In this document: positions 19,750 through 28,074 of the stretch, one piece after another
Numbering within the stretch: the first letter of the stretch is position 1
How the letters are laid out: each line of letters opens with the position of its first letter
Program-made: the position numbers and the translations under genes
Notes under the pieces: model-generated
What the model saw: the letters and a program-made list of their open reading frames with translations, nothing else
Told to the model about the DNA's origin: nothing
Databases searched by the model: none
DNA from: an uncultured Lachnospiraceae bacterium
GTDB taxonomy: Bacteria; Bacillota; Clostridia; Lachnospirales; Lachnospiraceae
Direction: 5' to 3'
NCBI GenBank assembly: GCA_947628045.1
Contig: CANQYP010000001.1
Location: 1 to 61,205, forward strand
Length of the DNA stretch: 61,205 nucleotides

Positions 19750-19851
19750 TGCATGTTCCTGTGCGTATCGCTTGTTTTCACCGGGTAGCTCGGCTCCGTC
19801 TCTGATGGAGATGCTGCATGTTCCTGCGCGTAGCGCTTGTTTTTTCACCGG
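19750..19851. repeat. Imperfect ~35-bp direct repeat in the divergent intergenic region
   Basis: tgcatgttcctg(t/c)gcgta(t/g)cgcttgtttt(tt)caccgg at 19750-19784 and 19815-19851. Confidence 0.8.
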
Positions 19852-20034
19852 CAATAAGTTCTCTCTTGTGATTATATACGGCTGACCGAACAGAATCAAG
19901 AGCCGCGAGGCAAGAAGAGGTTGAATAAAAGCCGGAAGTCCGCTATAATATCCACATGGAAATATCCTAACAAATCTCATGTTGCGGCGTATCAAGGAAT
20001 AAGAAACCAAAAGAGACAAAGGGAGGGAAAGCTT

Positions 20035-20394
20035 ATGAGCGGAGAGGTTGTTGAGAAATTGAAAAGAACAAGATCCGTGGAGGAAGTTCTGAGCATCGTG
20101 AAGGAGTACGGCGCGGAGGTGACTCAGGAACAGGCACAGGAGCTGTATGACCAATTCCATGCGCAGGGGGAGCTTTCTGACGACGAGCTGGCTGCGGTTG
20201 CGGGCGGAGAATATGCGTCGGTGTATGTGCAGGACGTGGGCTATGTGCTCTATGAGAAAGACAGAAAGTCAGCCACTTGCACAGCGACCTGCTTTTGGTG
20301 CGGGGTGGATCAGGAGTCTGCCGCGGCGAAGAGTCCCTGTACGTTCTTTCTTTCAAGAGGGATACATTCGTGGGTGTATTCGGGCGGCTGCTGA
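20035..20394 (+). CDS. Nif11-like leader, double-glycine precursor peptide (119 aa)
   Basis: GGGAGG SD; EKLKRTRSVEEVLSIVKEYGAEVT...GELSDDELAAVAGG leader; Cys-containing core. Confidence 0.8.
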   Translation: MSGEVVEKLKRTRSVEEVLSIVKEYGAEVTQEQAQELYDQFHAQGELSDDELAAVAGGEYASVYVQDVGYVLYEKDRKSATCTATCFWCGVDQESAAAKSPCTFFLSRGIHSWVYSGGC

Positions 20395-20395
20395 T

Positions 20396-20480
20396 CGCAA
20401 AAGAGAAGATAGTTTGCCTTCGGCAGAAGAAAACCGTTTGTTTTGGGCAGAAGAGAACCGTTTGCTTTTGGCAGAAGAGT
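20396..20480. repeat. 24-bp tandem repeat, ~3.5 degenerate units
   Basis: ggcagaaga at 20422, 20446, 20470; unit ggcagaaga(a/g)aaccgtttg(t/c)ttt(g/t). Confidence 0.8.
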
Positions 20481-20646
20481 GAAGGGCATATTGCGAAAGA
20501 AAGCAGTATGTCCTTTTTTGTGCGTGAGTGGGGTGTGCCCCCTGACAGCGGATGGGACGGCGCATCGCAAAACATTGACTTATGCCCGCGGGAAAGCTAT
20601 AATTGGAACAGCAAACCGGGCGCTGTGAAGGCTTGCCCTGGCAGGG

Positions 20647-20835
20647 CGGCGGGGAGGGGCTCACAGGCATTATCGAAAATGGAGGAATTTGCGGGAGTTG
20701 CCGGAAATGGAGAGAACTCGCAGATGCTGTCGAAAATGTAGAGACTTATAGATGCCGCTGGAAATGAAGGGACTTATAAGCATTTTCAGAAAAGGGAAAG
20801 TTTGCGGGAGTTGCCGGAAAGGGAGGGGCGCGTGA
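20647..20835. repeat. Degenerate 28-29-bp tandem repeat, ~6 units
   Basis: G(A/G)AAA(T/G)G anchors at 20675, 20703, 20732, 20760, ~20788, 20816; exact 20-mer tttgcgggagttgccggaaa at 20688 and 20801. Confidence 0.7.
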
Positions 20836-21680
20836 AACGGTCGGGGATCGCTTGGAAGGTCAGCAGAAATTCGGTGGGGAGGGCGGCACGGGCAGGCGCG
20901 GCGCTTTTGCTGCTTTTGCTGTTGTGCCTTGCCGCGAAAGGCTCCGCATCGGCGCAGGGGAAGGCGTATGTCGCGGTGTTCTACCGGACGTTTGAGGACG
21001 CGGAAGACCCGGAGACGGCGGATGTGCGCGCGGCGCTGAACGAGGCGCTTGCGGACGCCGGAATCGCGTACCGGGAGTACGACGGGGGAGACGACCCGCT
21101 GATACAGCTGATGCAGATCGTGCAGGAGAAGGACGCAATGCTGCTCATCGTGAACCCGGCGGAGCGGGGGTTCGGAGATACAGAAGAGGATACAGAAGAA
21201 GAAACAAGAGAGAAAACAGAAGAGAAAGCAGGAGAGAAAGCGGGAGAGGAAACAGAAAAGAATACCGTTGCGGATATAGGGGCGGACGTCACTGCGGATA
21301 TCATCGCGCAGACGGATGGAAGACCGCTGATCTTCTTCGACTGTGAGATCAGCGAGGAGATGGCGGACGGGGCGGAAGAGCTGTGCGTGCTGGTGAACGC
21401 GGCGGAGCCGGAGACGGAACCGGAAACAGAGACCAGGACGGAAATCGAGACGGAAATCGAGACGGAAATAACGAGAGCAGAGGCAGAAAATGAGGCGGAA
21501 TCGGGAACGGAAACCGAGACAGAAATCGAGCCGCCGAAGAAGAACCTTCAGGGCATGGCGGACGCGATCGCGTTGATTGCCGGAAATTACATGACCGGCG
21601 CCGGATACTTTGAAGGGATCGAGGAAGACTGGATCACCGACGGGTGGCGTGTGGACGTGCCGTGCCTGTTTTTGAAATAG
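20832..21680 (+). CDS. Secreted protein derived from an MglB-like sugar-binding protein, with E/T-rich inserts and apparent internal deletion
   Basis: VAVFY...VRAALNEAL...YREYDG, LLIVN, PLIFF, C-terminal GMADAIA...WRVDVP resemble galactose-binding proteins; second lobe appears replaced by ETEIETE tract. Confidence 0.55.
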   Translation: MKRSGIAWKVSRNSVGRAARAGAALLLLLLLCLAAKGSASAQGKAYVAVFYRTFEDAEDPETADVRAALNEALADAGIAYREYDGGDDPLIQLMQIVQEKDAMLLIVNPAERGFGDTEEDTEEETREKTEEKAGEKAGEETEKNTVADIGADVTADIIAQTDGRPLIFFDCEISEEMADGAEELCVLVNAAEPETEPETETRTEIETEIETEITRAEAENEAESGTETETEIEPPKKNLQGMADAIALIAGNYMTGAGYFEGIEEDWITDGWRVDVPCLFLK

Positions 21681-21749
21681 GCGCGCGTGGATGCCTTTGT
21701 TTGGTGCTTAGTGGATGAAGGATAAATTGGCGAATTGTAATACATTTGC

Positions 21750-21778
21750 TTGTATTTAGCATACAATAGTGTTATGAT
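21750..21778 (+). promoter_or_regulatory. sigmaA-like promoter with overlapping palindrome (TA autoregulatory operator)
   Basis: TTGTAT-17-TATGAT; inverted repeat ttgtat-ttagc-atacaa at 21750-21766. Confidence 0.6.
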
Positions 21779-21811
21779 ATTGACAAATAGAATACGAAGG
21801 GAGATGCTTTT

Positions 21812-22081
21812 ATGGCATTGGCAACTTTAACCGCAAGAGTAGATGAGAAAGATAAGTCCAATTTTGACAGCTTTTGTTCAAATGTCGGATTAAACACTTC
21901 TACTGCAATTAATTTATTTGTGAAGGCAGTTTTACGTGAAAACCGAATCCCGTTTGAAATCGCTCAGACTCCGGATCCTTTTTTTTCTGAAACAAATATG
22001 GCTTATGTAAAGAAATCTGTGCAGGAATTAAAAGCTGGCAAGGGCACCGCGCATGAACTGATTGAGGTGGATGATGAGTGA
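21812..22081 (+). CDS. RelB/DinJ family antitoxin
   Basis: TLTARVDEKDK...GLNTSTAINLFVKAVLRENRIPFEI...DPFFS. Confidence 0.88.
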   Translation: MALATLTARVDEKDKSNFDSFCSNVGLNTSTAINLFVKAVLRENRIPFEIAQTPDPFFSETNMAYVKKSVQELKAGKGTAHELIEVDDE

Positions 22082-22343
22082 GATCATTTGGTCGGACGAC
22101 GCATGGGAGGGTTATCTCTACTGGCAGACACAGGACAAGAGAACTCTGAAACGCGTCAACCAGCTCATAAAAGATATTGAACGAAATGGCTGCAGCAACG
22201 GGATTGGGAAACCAGAGCCCCTGACTGGTGATTTGCAGGGAGAGTACAGTCGACGTATCAATGAGAAAGATCGTCTTGTGTATCACATGGAAGGTGAGAG
22301 GCTATATATAGCGCACTGCAGGGGGCATTACGGGGATAAATGA
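22074..22343 (+). CDS. Txe/YoeB family mRNA interferase toxin
   Basis: WSDDAWEGYLYWQTQDK, GIGKPEPL, SRRINEKDRLVY, CRGHY; overlaps antitoxin stop. Confidence 0.9.
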   Translation: MSEIIWSDDAWEGYLYWQTQDKRTLKRVNQLIKDIERNGCSNGIGKPEPLTGDLQGEYSRRINEKDRLVYHMEGERLYIAHCRGHYGDK

Positions 22344-22390
22344 TTTTCCCGATATATGAAACACAAATCTACAGAAGAAAGAGGAACGCT

Positions 22391-23482
22391 ATGAAGGTTG
22401 TATTGCAGGATCTGACAAAGATATTTCCGGGGCGGGGGCGGAAGTCGAAGGGCGACGTGATCGCGGTCAGCGATTTCAGCTTTGAGATCCCGGACGGCAA
22501 GCTGATCGGGCTGCTGGGACCGTCCGGCTGCGGCAAGAGCACGACGCTCAACCTGCTGTGCGGACTGGAACAGCCGACGAAAGGAAAAATATTCTTCGGG
22601 GAGGACGATGTCACCGACCTTCCGGCGGAGAACCGGGGCGTGGGCATGGTCTTCCAGAACTACGCGCTCTATCCGCACCTGACCGTGAAACAGAACATTC
22701 TGTTTCCGCTGGAAAACCTGAAGGGGGACGCGAAACTCTCAAAGGAGGAGATGCTTGCGAAGGCGCAGGAGGTCGCGAAACTGGTGCAGATCGACGAGCT
22801 GATGGAGCGAAGACCGGCTGAGCTCTCCGGCGGGCAGCAGCAGCGCGTGGCGATCGCGCGGGCGCTTGTGAAGATGCCGCGCATTCTTCTGATGGACGAG
22901 CCGCTGTCGAATCTGGACGCGAGGCTGCGGCTGCAGACGCGCGAGGAGATCCGCAGGATCCAGCGGGAGACACAGATCACGACGATCTTTGTGACGCATG
23001 ACCAGGAAGAGGCGATGAGTATTTCCGACCTGATCGTCGTCATGAAGGAGGGCGTAGTCCAGCAGATCGGAAAGCCGCAGGAGGTCTACGATAATCCGGT
23101 CAATCTGTTCGTCGCGAAATTCCTCGGGACGCCGCCGATCAACGTGTTTGACGGAAAAGTGCAGGGCGGAAGGCTGTGGATCGGCGAGGACGACGTTCTT
23201 GCGGCGGACGGGATACCGGATCAGGAGGTCTATGTCGCGATCCGTCCGGAAGGCTTTGTCCTGAACGAGCAGGGCGCGTTTTCCTGTGAGCTGAAACGCG
23301 TCGAGGTGATGGGGCGCGACATCAGTGTGGTGTCTGTGAACAAAGCGAGCGAGAATGAGGTGATCCGCTCGATCATCGCGGCGGAGAATAAGGTGAATAC
23401 CGGCGCCGCGAAGGTGCGTTTCGACCTCAAGCCGAATAAGGTGTTCGCCTTTGACCGTAGGACGGAGAAACGGCTGCTGTAA
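22391..23482 (+). CDS. Carbohydrate-family (MalK/UgpC) ABC ATP-binding protein
   Basis: GPSGCGKST, VFQNYALYPH, LSGGQQQRVA, DEPLSNLDA, VTHDQEEA. Confidence 0.93.
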   Translation: MKVVLQDLTKIFPGRGRKSKGDVIAVSDFSFEIPDGKLIGLLGPSGCGKSTTLNLLCGLEQPTKGKIFFGEDDVTDLPAENRGVGMVFQNYALYPHLTVKQNILFPLENLKGDAKLSKEEMLAKAQEVAKLVQIDELMERRPAELSGGQQQRVAIARALVKMPRILLMDEPLSNLDARLRLQTREEIRRIQRETQITTIFVTHDQEEAMSISDLIVVMKEGVVQQIGKPQEVYDNPVNLFVAKFLGTPPINVFDGKVQGGRLWIGEDDVLAADGIPDQEVYVAIRPEGFVLNEQGAFSCELKRVEVMGRDISVVSVNKASENEVIRSIIAAENKVNTGAAKVRFDLKPNKVFAFDRRTEKRLL

Positions 23483-23591
23483 AACGGGCGGCTGCGGAGC
23501 GCGCGTCACTGAAACGACAGATCCGTTTCTTGTATTCGGATAAAATGGAACGCGGGCTTGCAGGTGTCCGGGAAATGAAACACGGAGGAGA

Positions 23592-24497
23592 ATGCAGACA
23601 ATGGAGAGAAGAACGATGAAGGGCTGGCTGTATCTGCTGCCGGCGATCCTTTTTCTGGGACTGTTTCTCGTGTACCCGCTGATCGACGTTTTCGTCTACT
23701 CCTTTGAGGAGGGGTACAATTTTGCGTCGCAGACCTACCACGGCGTCGGCGGCTATAATTACGCATACGTCCTGCGCGACCCGTATTTTCTGCAGGCGGT
23801 GCGCAACACATTTATCCTGGTGGTGATCACGGTGCCGCTTTCTACCGGCATTGCGCTGCTGATCTCGGCGGGCTTAAGCTCGATCAAACCGCTGCGGAAC
23901 CTGTTTCAGACGATTTATTTTCTGCCGTATGTGACGAACACGCTGGCGGTCGGTCTGGTCTTCATGATCCTGTTCAAGAAGACGCCGTACACCGACGGGC
24001 TGGCGAATCTGATCCTCGGCTGGTTCGGGCGCGGACCGATCGACTTTATCGACGGACCGTATGCGGCGAAAATGTTCGTGCTGTGTCTGTACACGATCTG
24101 GATCGTGATGCCGTTCAAGATCCTGATCCTGACGAGCGCGCTGGCGTCGGTGAACCAGAGCTACTACAACGCCGCGAAGGTGGACGGCACGTCGCGTTTC
24201 CGCATTTTTGTGCGCATCACTCTGCCGATGATCTCGCCGACGCTGGTCTATCTGGTGATCACCGGTTTCATCGGGGCGTTCAAGGCGTACAGCGACGCGG
24301 TGGCGCTGTTCGGGACGAACCTGAACGCGGCGGAGATGAACACGATCGTCGGCTATGTGTACGACATGCTGTACGGCAACAGCGGCGGCTACCCGTCCTA
24401 TGCGTCGGCGGCAGCGATCATTCTGTTCGCGATCGTGCTGACGATCACCTGCATCAACCTGCTGGTGAGCCGGAGATACGTGAATTATAATGTGTGA
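23592..24497 (+). CDS. ABC permease (UgpA/MalF-like)
   Basis: Multiple TM helices; YYNAAKVDG...ITLPMISP EAA loop. Confidence 0.9.
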   Translation: MQTMERRTMKGWLYLLPAILFLGLFLVYPLIDVFVYSFEEGYNFASQTYHGVGGYNYAYVLRDPYFLQAVRNTFILVVITVPLSTGIALLISAGLSSIKPLRNLFQTIYFLPYVTNTLAVGLVFMILFKKTPYTDGLANLILGWFGRGPIDFIDGPYAAKMFVLCLYTIWIVMPFKILILTSALASVNQSYYNAAKVDGTSRFRIFVRITLPMISPTLVYLVITGFIGAFKAYSDAVALFGTNLNAAEMNTIVGYVYDMLYGNSGGYPSYASAAAIILFAIVLTITCINLLVSRRYVNYNV

Positions 24498-24507
24498 GGA
24501 TAATATC

Positions 24508-25383
24508 ATGGAGCACAAAATTGAGTACGAAAAGATAGAAAAACGGGACAGAGCCCGCCGCGCATTCACGGGCGCGGTCACATACGTGCTGCTGGCGTTT
24601 TGGGCGCTGGTCGTGCTGTTCCCGTTCTACTGGATGGTGCTGACCTCCGTGAAGAGCTACAGCGCCTACAATTCCGAGTACATACCGCAGCTGTTCACCT
24701 TATCGCCGACGCTGCAGAACTATGTGGACGCGTTCACGGCGGTGTCGCTCGGGCGCTACTTCGCGAACACGATCCTGTTCACCGCGGCGACCACGCTGTT
24801 GATGCTCGGCGTGACGGTGCTCGCGGCGTACGCGTTCGCGCGGCTCAACTTTCGCGGGAAGAACCTTGTGTTCACGCTGTTCCTCTCGCTGATGATGATT
24901 CCGAACGAACTTGTCGTCATCACGAACTTTGTCACGATCACAAACATGGACATGCGCAACACGTTCCTCGGTCTGATCCTGCCTTCGGTCACATCGGTCT
25001 TTTATATCTATCTGCTGAAAGAGAATTTCGAGCAGGTGCCGGACCAGCTCTATTACGCGGCGAAGGTGGATGGGACCTCTGACCTCAAATACCTGTGGAA
25101 GGTCATGATGCCGATCTGTAAGCCGACGATCGTGACGATCACGATCCTGAAAGCGATCGAGTGCTGGAACTCCTACGTGTGGCCGCGGCTGATCACGGAC
25201 GATGAGCGGTATTTCCTGGTGTCGAACGGCATTCAGGAGATCCGCGAGAACGGGTTTGGACGCGAGAACATCCCGGCGATGATGGCGGCGGTCGTGGCGA
25301 TCTCCGTGCCGCTGATCGTGATTTTCCTGATCTTCCGCAAGAGCATCATGGCGGGCGTGTCGAGAGGAGGGACCAAGGGATGA
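24508..25383 (+). CDS. ABC permease (UgpE/MalG-like)
   Basis: PFYWMV, AAYAFAR, LYYAAKVDG, WNSYVWP; alternative start 24490. Confidence 0.9.
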   Translation: MEHKIEYEKIEKRDRARRAFTGAVTYVLLAFWALVVLFPFYWMVLTSVKSYSAYNSEYIPQLFTLSPTLQNYVDAFTAVSLGRYFANTILFTAATTLLMLGVTVLAAYAFARLNFRGKNLVFTLFLSLMMIPNELVVITNFVTITNMDMRNTFLGLILPSVTSVFYIYLLKENFEQVPDQLYYAAKVDGTSDLKYLWKVMMPICKPTIVTITILKAIECWNSYVWPRLITDDERYFLVSNGIQEIRENGFGRENIPAMMAAVVAISVPLIVIFLIFRKSIMAGVSRGGTKG

Positions 25384-26996
25384 GCGGGACGAGGCATAAT
25401 TTCTTTGGCGCGCTGTTGATTTTTATGATCTTATTCGCCCTCACCGGCTGCCACGGCAAGCGGGAGCAGCGCACGTTCGAGATCCCGGAGGCCTTTGACG
25501 AGGCGGGCAGCTACGAGATCACCTTCTGGGCGAAGAACGATACGAACAAGACGCAGACCGGCATCTACAAGAAGGCGATTCGCGACTTTGAGGCGCTGTA
25601 CCCAAATATTACCGTGAATCTGCGGCTGTACACAGACTATGGAAAAATTTACAACGACGTCATCACGAACATTGCGACGGACACGACGCCGAACGTCTGC
25701 ATCACCTACCCGGACCATATCGCGACCTACCTGACCGGGCAGGACAGCGTGGTGCCGCTCGACGATCTCTTCGCGGACGAGAGGTATGGGCTCGGAGGCA
25801 GCGAGCTGAAATTTGACTCGCCCTCTCAGGATGAGATCATTCCGCAGTTTCTGGAGGAGTGCGCCTTTAACGGCAGCCACTATGCGATCCCCTATATGCG
25901 CTCCACGGAGGCGTGTTATGTAAACAAGGACTTTGTGGAACAGCTCGGCTATACGCTGCCGGAGACGCTGACCTGGGACTTCATCTGGGAGGTCTCGGAG
26001 GCTGCGATGGAGAAAAACGCGGACGGCACGTTCAAGCTCAACGGACAGAACGTTCTGATTCCGTTCATCTACAAATCTACCGACAATATGATGATTCAGA
26101 TGCTGCGGCAGAAGGACGCCGGATATTCGACGGACGCCGGAGAGATCGAGATCTTCAACGACACGACGAAGGAGCTTTTGGAGACGGTCGCGGAGCATGT
26201 GAAATCCGGCGCGTTCTCCACGTTCAAAATCTCCGGCTATCCGGCGAATTTCCTGAACGCGGGACAGTGCATTTTTGCGGTCGACTCCACGGCGGGCGCG
26301 ACCTGGATGGGGACGCACGCGCCGCTTTTGGACATCAGCGAGGACAAGCTGATCGAGTTTGAGACGGCGGTCATGGAGATCCCGCAGTTCGACCCGGAAC
26401 ACCCGCAGATGATCTCGCAGGGACCGTCTGTCTGCATCTTCAATAAGGCGGACAGGCAGGAGGTGCTCGCCTCGTGGCTGTTCGCGCAGTATCTCTTGAC
26501 GAACGAGGTGCAGATCGCCTACTCACAGACTGAGGGCTATGTGCCGGTGACCTCTAAGGCACAGGAGACGGAGGAATATCAGGACTACCTGCAGCGGGAG
26601 GGGGAGGACAACGCCACCTATTATGATGTCAAGCTGCAGGCGGCAAAGCTGCTCCTGGCGCATACGGACGACACTTTTGTGACACCGGTGTTCAACGGCT
26701 CCGCATCCTTGCGCGACGCAGCGGGGCAGCTGATCGAGACGACGGCGAAATCCGTCCGGAGAAAGCAGACGGCGGACGGCGCGTTTTTCAAAAAGCTGTA
26801 TGAAGATACGGCGTCGCTGTACCATCTGGATCAGGGCGGCGCGCAGATGGACCCGGGCGCCGAGGGAGCGGGGGTGAAAGATCTGGGACCTCTGCCGCTC
26901 ACCGCGAAACTTCTGCTTGCGGCTCTGGCGGCGGCATGGGCGCTGATCGCGGGGTACCTGCTTTTGGTGCAGCTCAAAAAAAAGAACAGAAAATAA
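25380..26996 (+). CDS. Extracellular solute-binding lipoprotein with C-terminal transmembrane tail
   Basis: Lipobox LTGC; ITFW, TPNVCITYPDH, AIPYMRSTE, QGPS; hydrophobic C-terminus followed by KKKNRK. Confidence 0.85.
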   Translation: MSGTRHNFFGALLIFMILFALTGCHGKREQRTFEIPEAFDEAGSYEITFWAKNDTNKTQTGIYKKAIRDFEALYPNITVNLRLYTDYGKIYNDVITNIATDTTPNVCITYPDHIATYLTGQDSVVPLDDLFADERYGLGGSELKFDSPSQDEIIPQFLEECAFNGSHYAIPYMRSTEACYVNKDFVEQLGYTLPETLTWDFIWEVSEAAMEKNADGTFKLNGQNVLIPFIYKSTDNMMIQMLRQKDAGYSTDAGEIEIFNDTTKELLETVAEHVKSGAFSTFKISGYPANFLNAGQCIFAVDSTAGATWMGTHAPLLDISEDKLIEFETAVMEIPQFDPEHPQMISQGPSVCIFNKADRQEVLASWLFAQYLLTNEVQIAYSQTEGYVPVTSKAQETEEYQDYLQREGEDNATYYDVKLQAAKLLLAHTDDTFVTPVFNGSASLRDAAGQLIETTAKSVRRKQTADGAFFKKLYEDTASLYHLDQGGAQMDPGAEGAGVKDLGPLPLTAKLLLAALAAAWALIAGYLLLVQLKKKNRK

Positions 26997-27078
26997 ACTT
27001 CTGATTGATTTCCGAAGACATTTGTGTATAATAGGGTATGAACTTTCATACCAATACGGTACTACAAGGAGGATGAAG

Positions 27079-27840
27079 ATGAAAAAATTTACAGCATTTT
27101 TACTGACGGTATCACTGGTTCTCGGTTCTGCCGGCATGGTTCTGGCGGATGAGACGGAGACGGAGCCGACGCTCACCCCGGAGGAGAAGTCCGAGGGCGT
27201 TATGACGCACGAGGAGTACATGGCGGCGGCGGTGGACGACGAGGTCACGATCGAGACCTACGTCCAGGCAAAGCAGTCCTGGTGGGAGGACAAGGCGACG
27301 CTCTACACGCAGGACCACGACGGCGCGTACTTTATCTACAATATGACCTGCTCCGAGGAGGACTACGACAAGCTCGAGGTCGGCACGAAGATCCGCGTGA
27401 CCGGTTACAAGGCAGAGTGGGAAGGCGAGATTGAGATCGCAGAGGGAGCGACCTTTGAGATCCTCGACGGCGAGTATGTCGCCGAGCCGCTGGACGTGAC
27501 CGATCTGCTCGGCACGGACGAGCTGATCGACCATCAGAACGAGCTCGTCTCCTTCAAGGGCATGACGGTCGAGGCGAAGGAAGACGCGGACGGCAATGAG
27601 GCCGCGTTCGTGTACAACTGGGACGGCTCCGGACAGGACGGCGACGACCTGTACTTTGACGTTTCCCTGGACGGCGAGACCTACACGTTCACGGTGGAGT
27701 CCTATCTGTGCGACAACACGACGGACGTCTACAACGCGGTCAAGGAGCTGAAGGTCGGCGACGTGATCGACATGGAAGGGTTCCTGTACTGGTATCAGGG
27801 CGTGAACCCGCACATCACATCGGTTGCCGCGGCAGAGTAA
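27079..27840 (+). CDS. Secreted acidic protein with two OB-fold-like repeats
   Basis: Signal peptide; LEVGTKIRVTGYKAEWEGEIEI and LKVGDVIDMEGFLYWYQG; SD AAGGAGG; alternative ATG 27073. Confidence 0.65.
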   Translation: MKKFTAFLLTVSLVLGSAGMVLADETETEPTLTPEEKSEGVMTHEEYMAAAVDDEVTIETYVQAKQSWWEDKATLYTQDHDGAYFIYNMTCSEEDYDKLEVGTKIRVTGYKAEWEGEIEIAEGATFEILDGEYVAEPLDVTDLLGTDELIDHQNELVSFKGMTVEAKEDADGNEAAFVYNWDGSGQDGDDLYFDVSLDGETYTFTVESYLCDNTTDVYNAVKELKVGDVIDMEGFLYWYQGVNPHITSVAAAE

Positions 27841-27866
27841 GCGGATCCGATACAGCAGTCAGTTTC

Positions 27867-27902
27867 AAGCCGGTGCAAGGTGATTCCTTGCACCGGTTTT
27901 TT
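27867..27902 (+). terminator. Rho-independent terminator
   Basis: gccggtgcaagg-tgatt-ccttgcaccggt followed by T run. Confidence 0.88.
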
Positions 27903-27924
27903 CTGACATAAATTTTCGCCCGTT

Positions 27925-28074
27925 TTCGACAAAATTGTGTATTTATCGTCACATTTCTCCCTGAAATCCGTTTCTATCTATAGAGGGGTACGCATCAGCG
28001 CAGGTGAAACATGCCGAATCTTGTTGTTTCCTGCGATAAGATTTCCTTGCCAACACATGCGGTTGATATATAAT
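27925..28074 (+). promoter_or_regulatory. spo0A promoter region with 0A boxes
   Basis: TTCGACA (reverse 0A box) 27925-31, TGCCGAA 28012-18, TTGCCA 28047-52 / TATAAT 28069-74. Confidence 0.6.

Noticed and set aside
20278-20301. CxxxCxxC as a radical SAM enzyme motif
   Set aside because: It lies in a 61-aa peptide core, far too short for a radical SAM barrel; kept only as a peptide feature.
20396-20835. Possible CRISPR array
   Set aside because: Units are directly tandem and degenerate with no unique spacers; no cas genes in the window.
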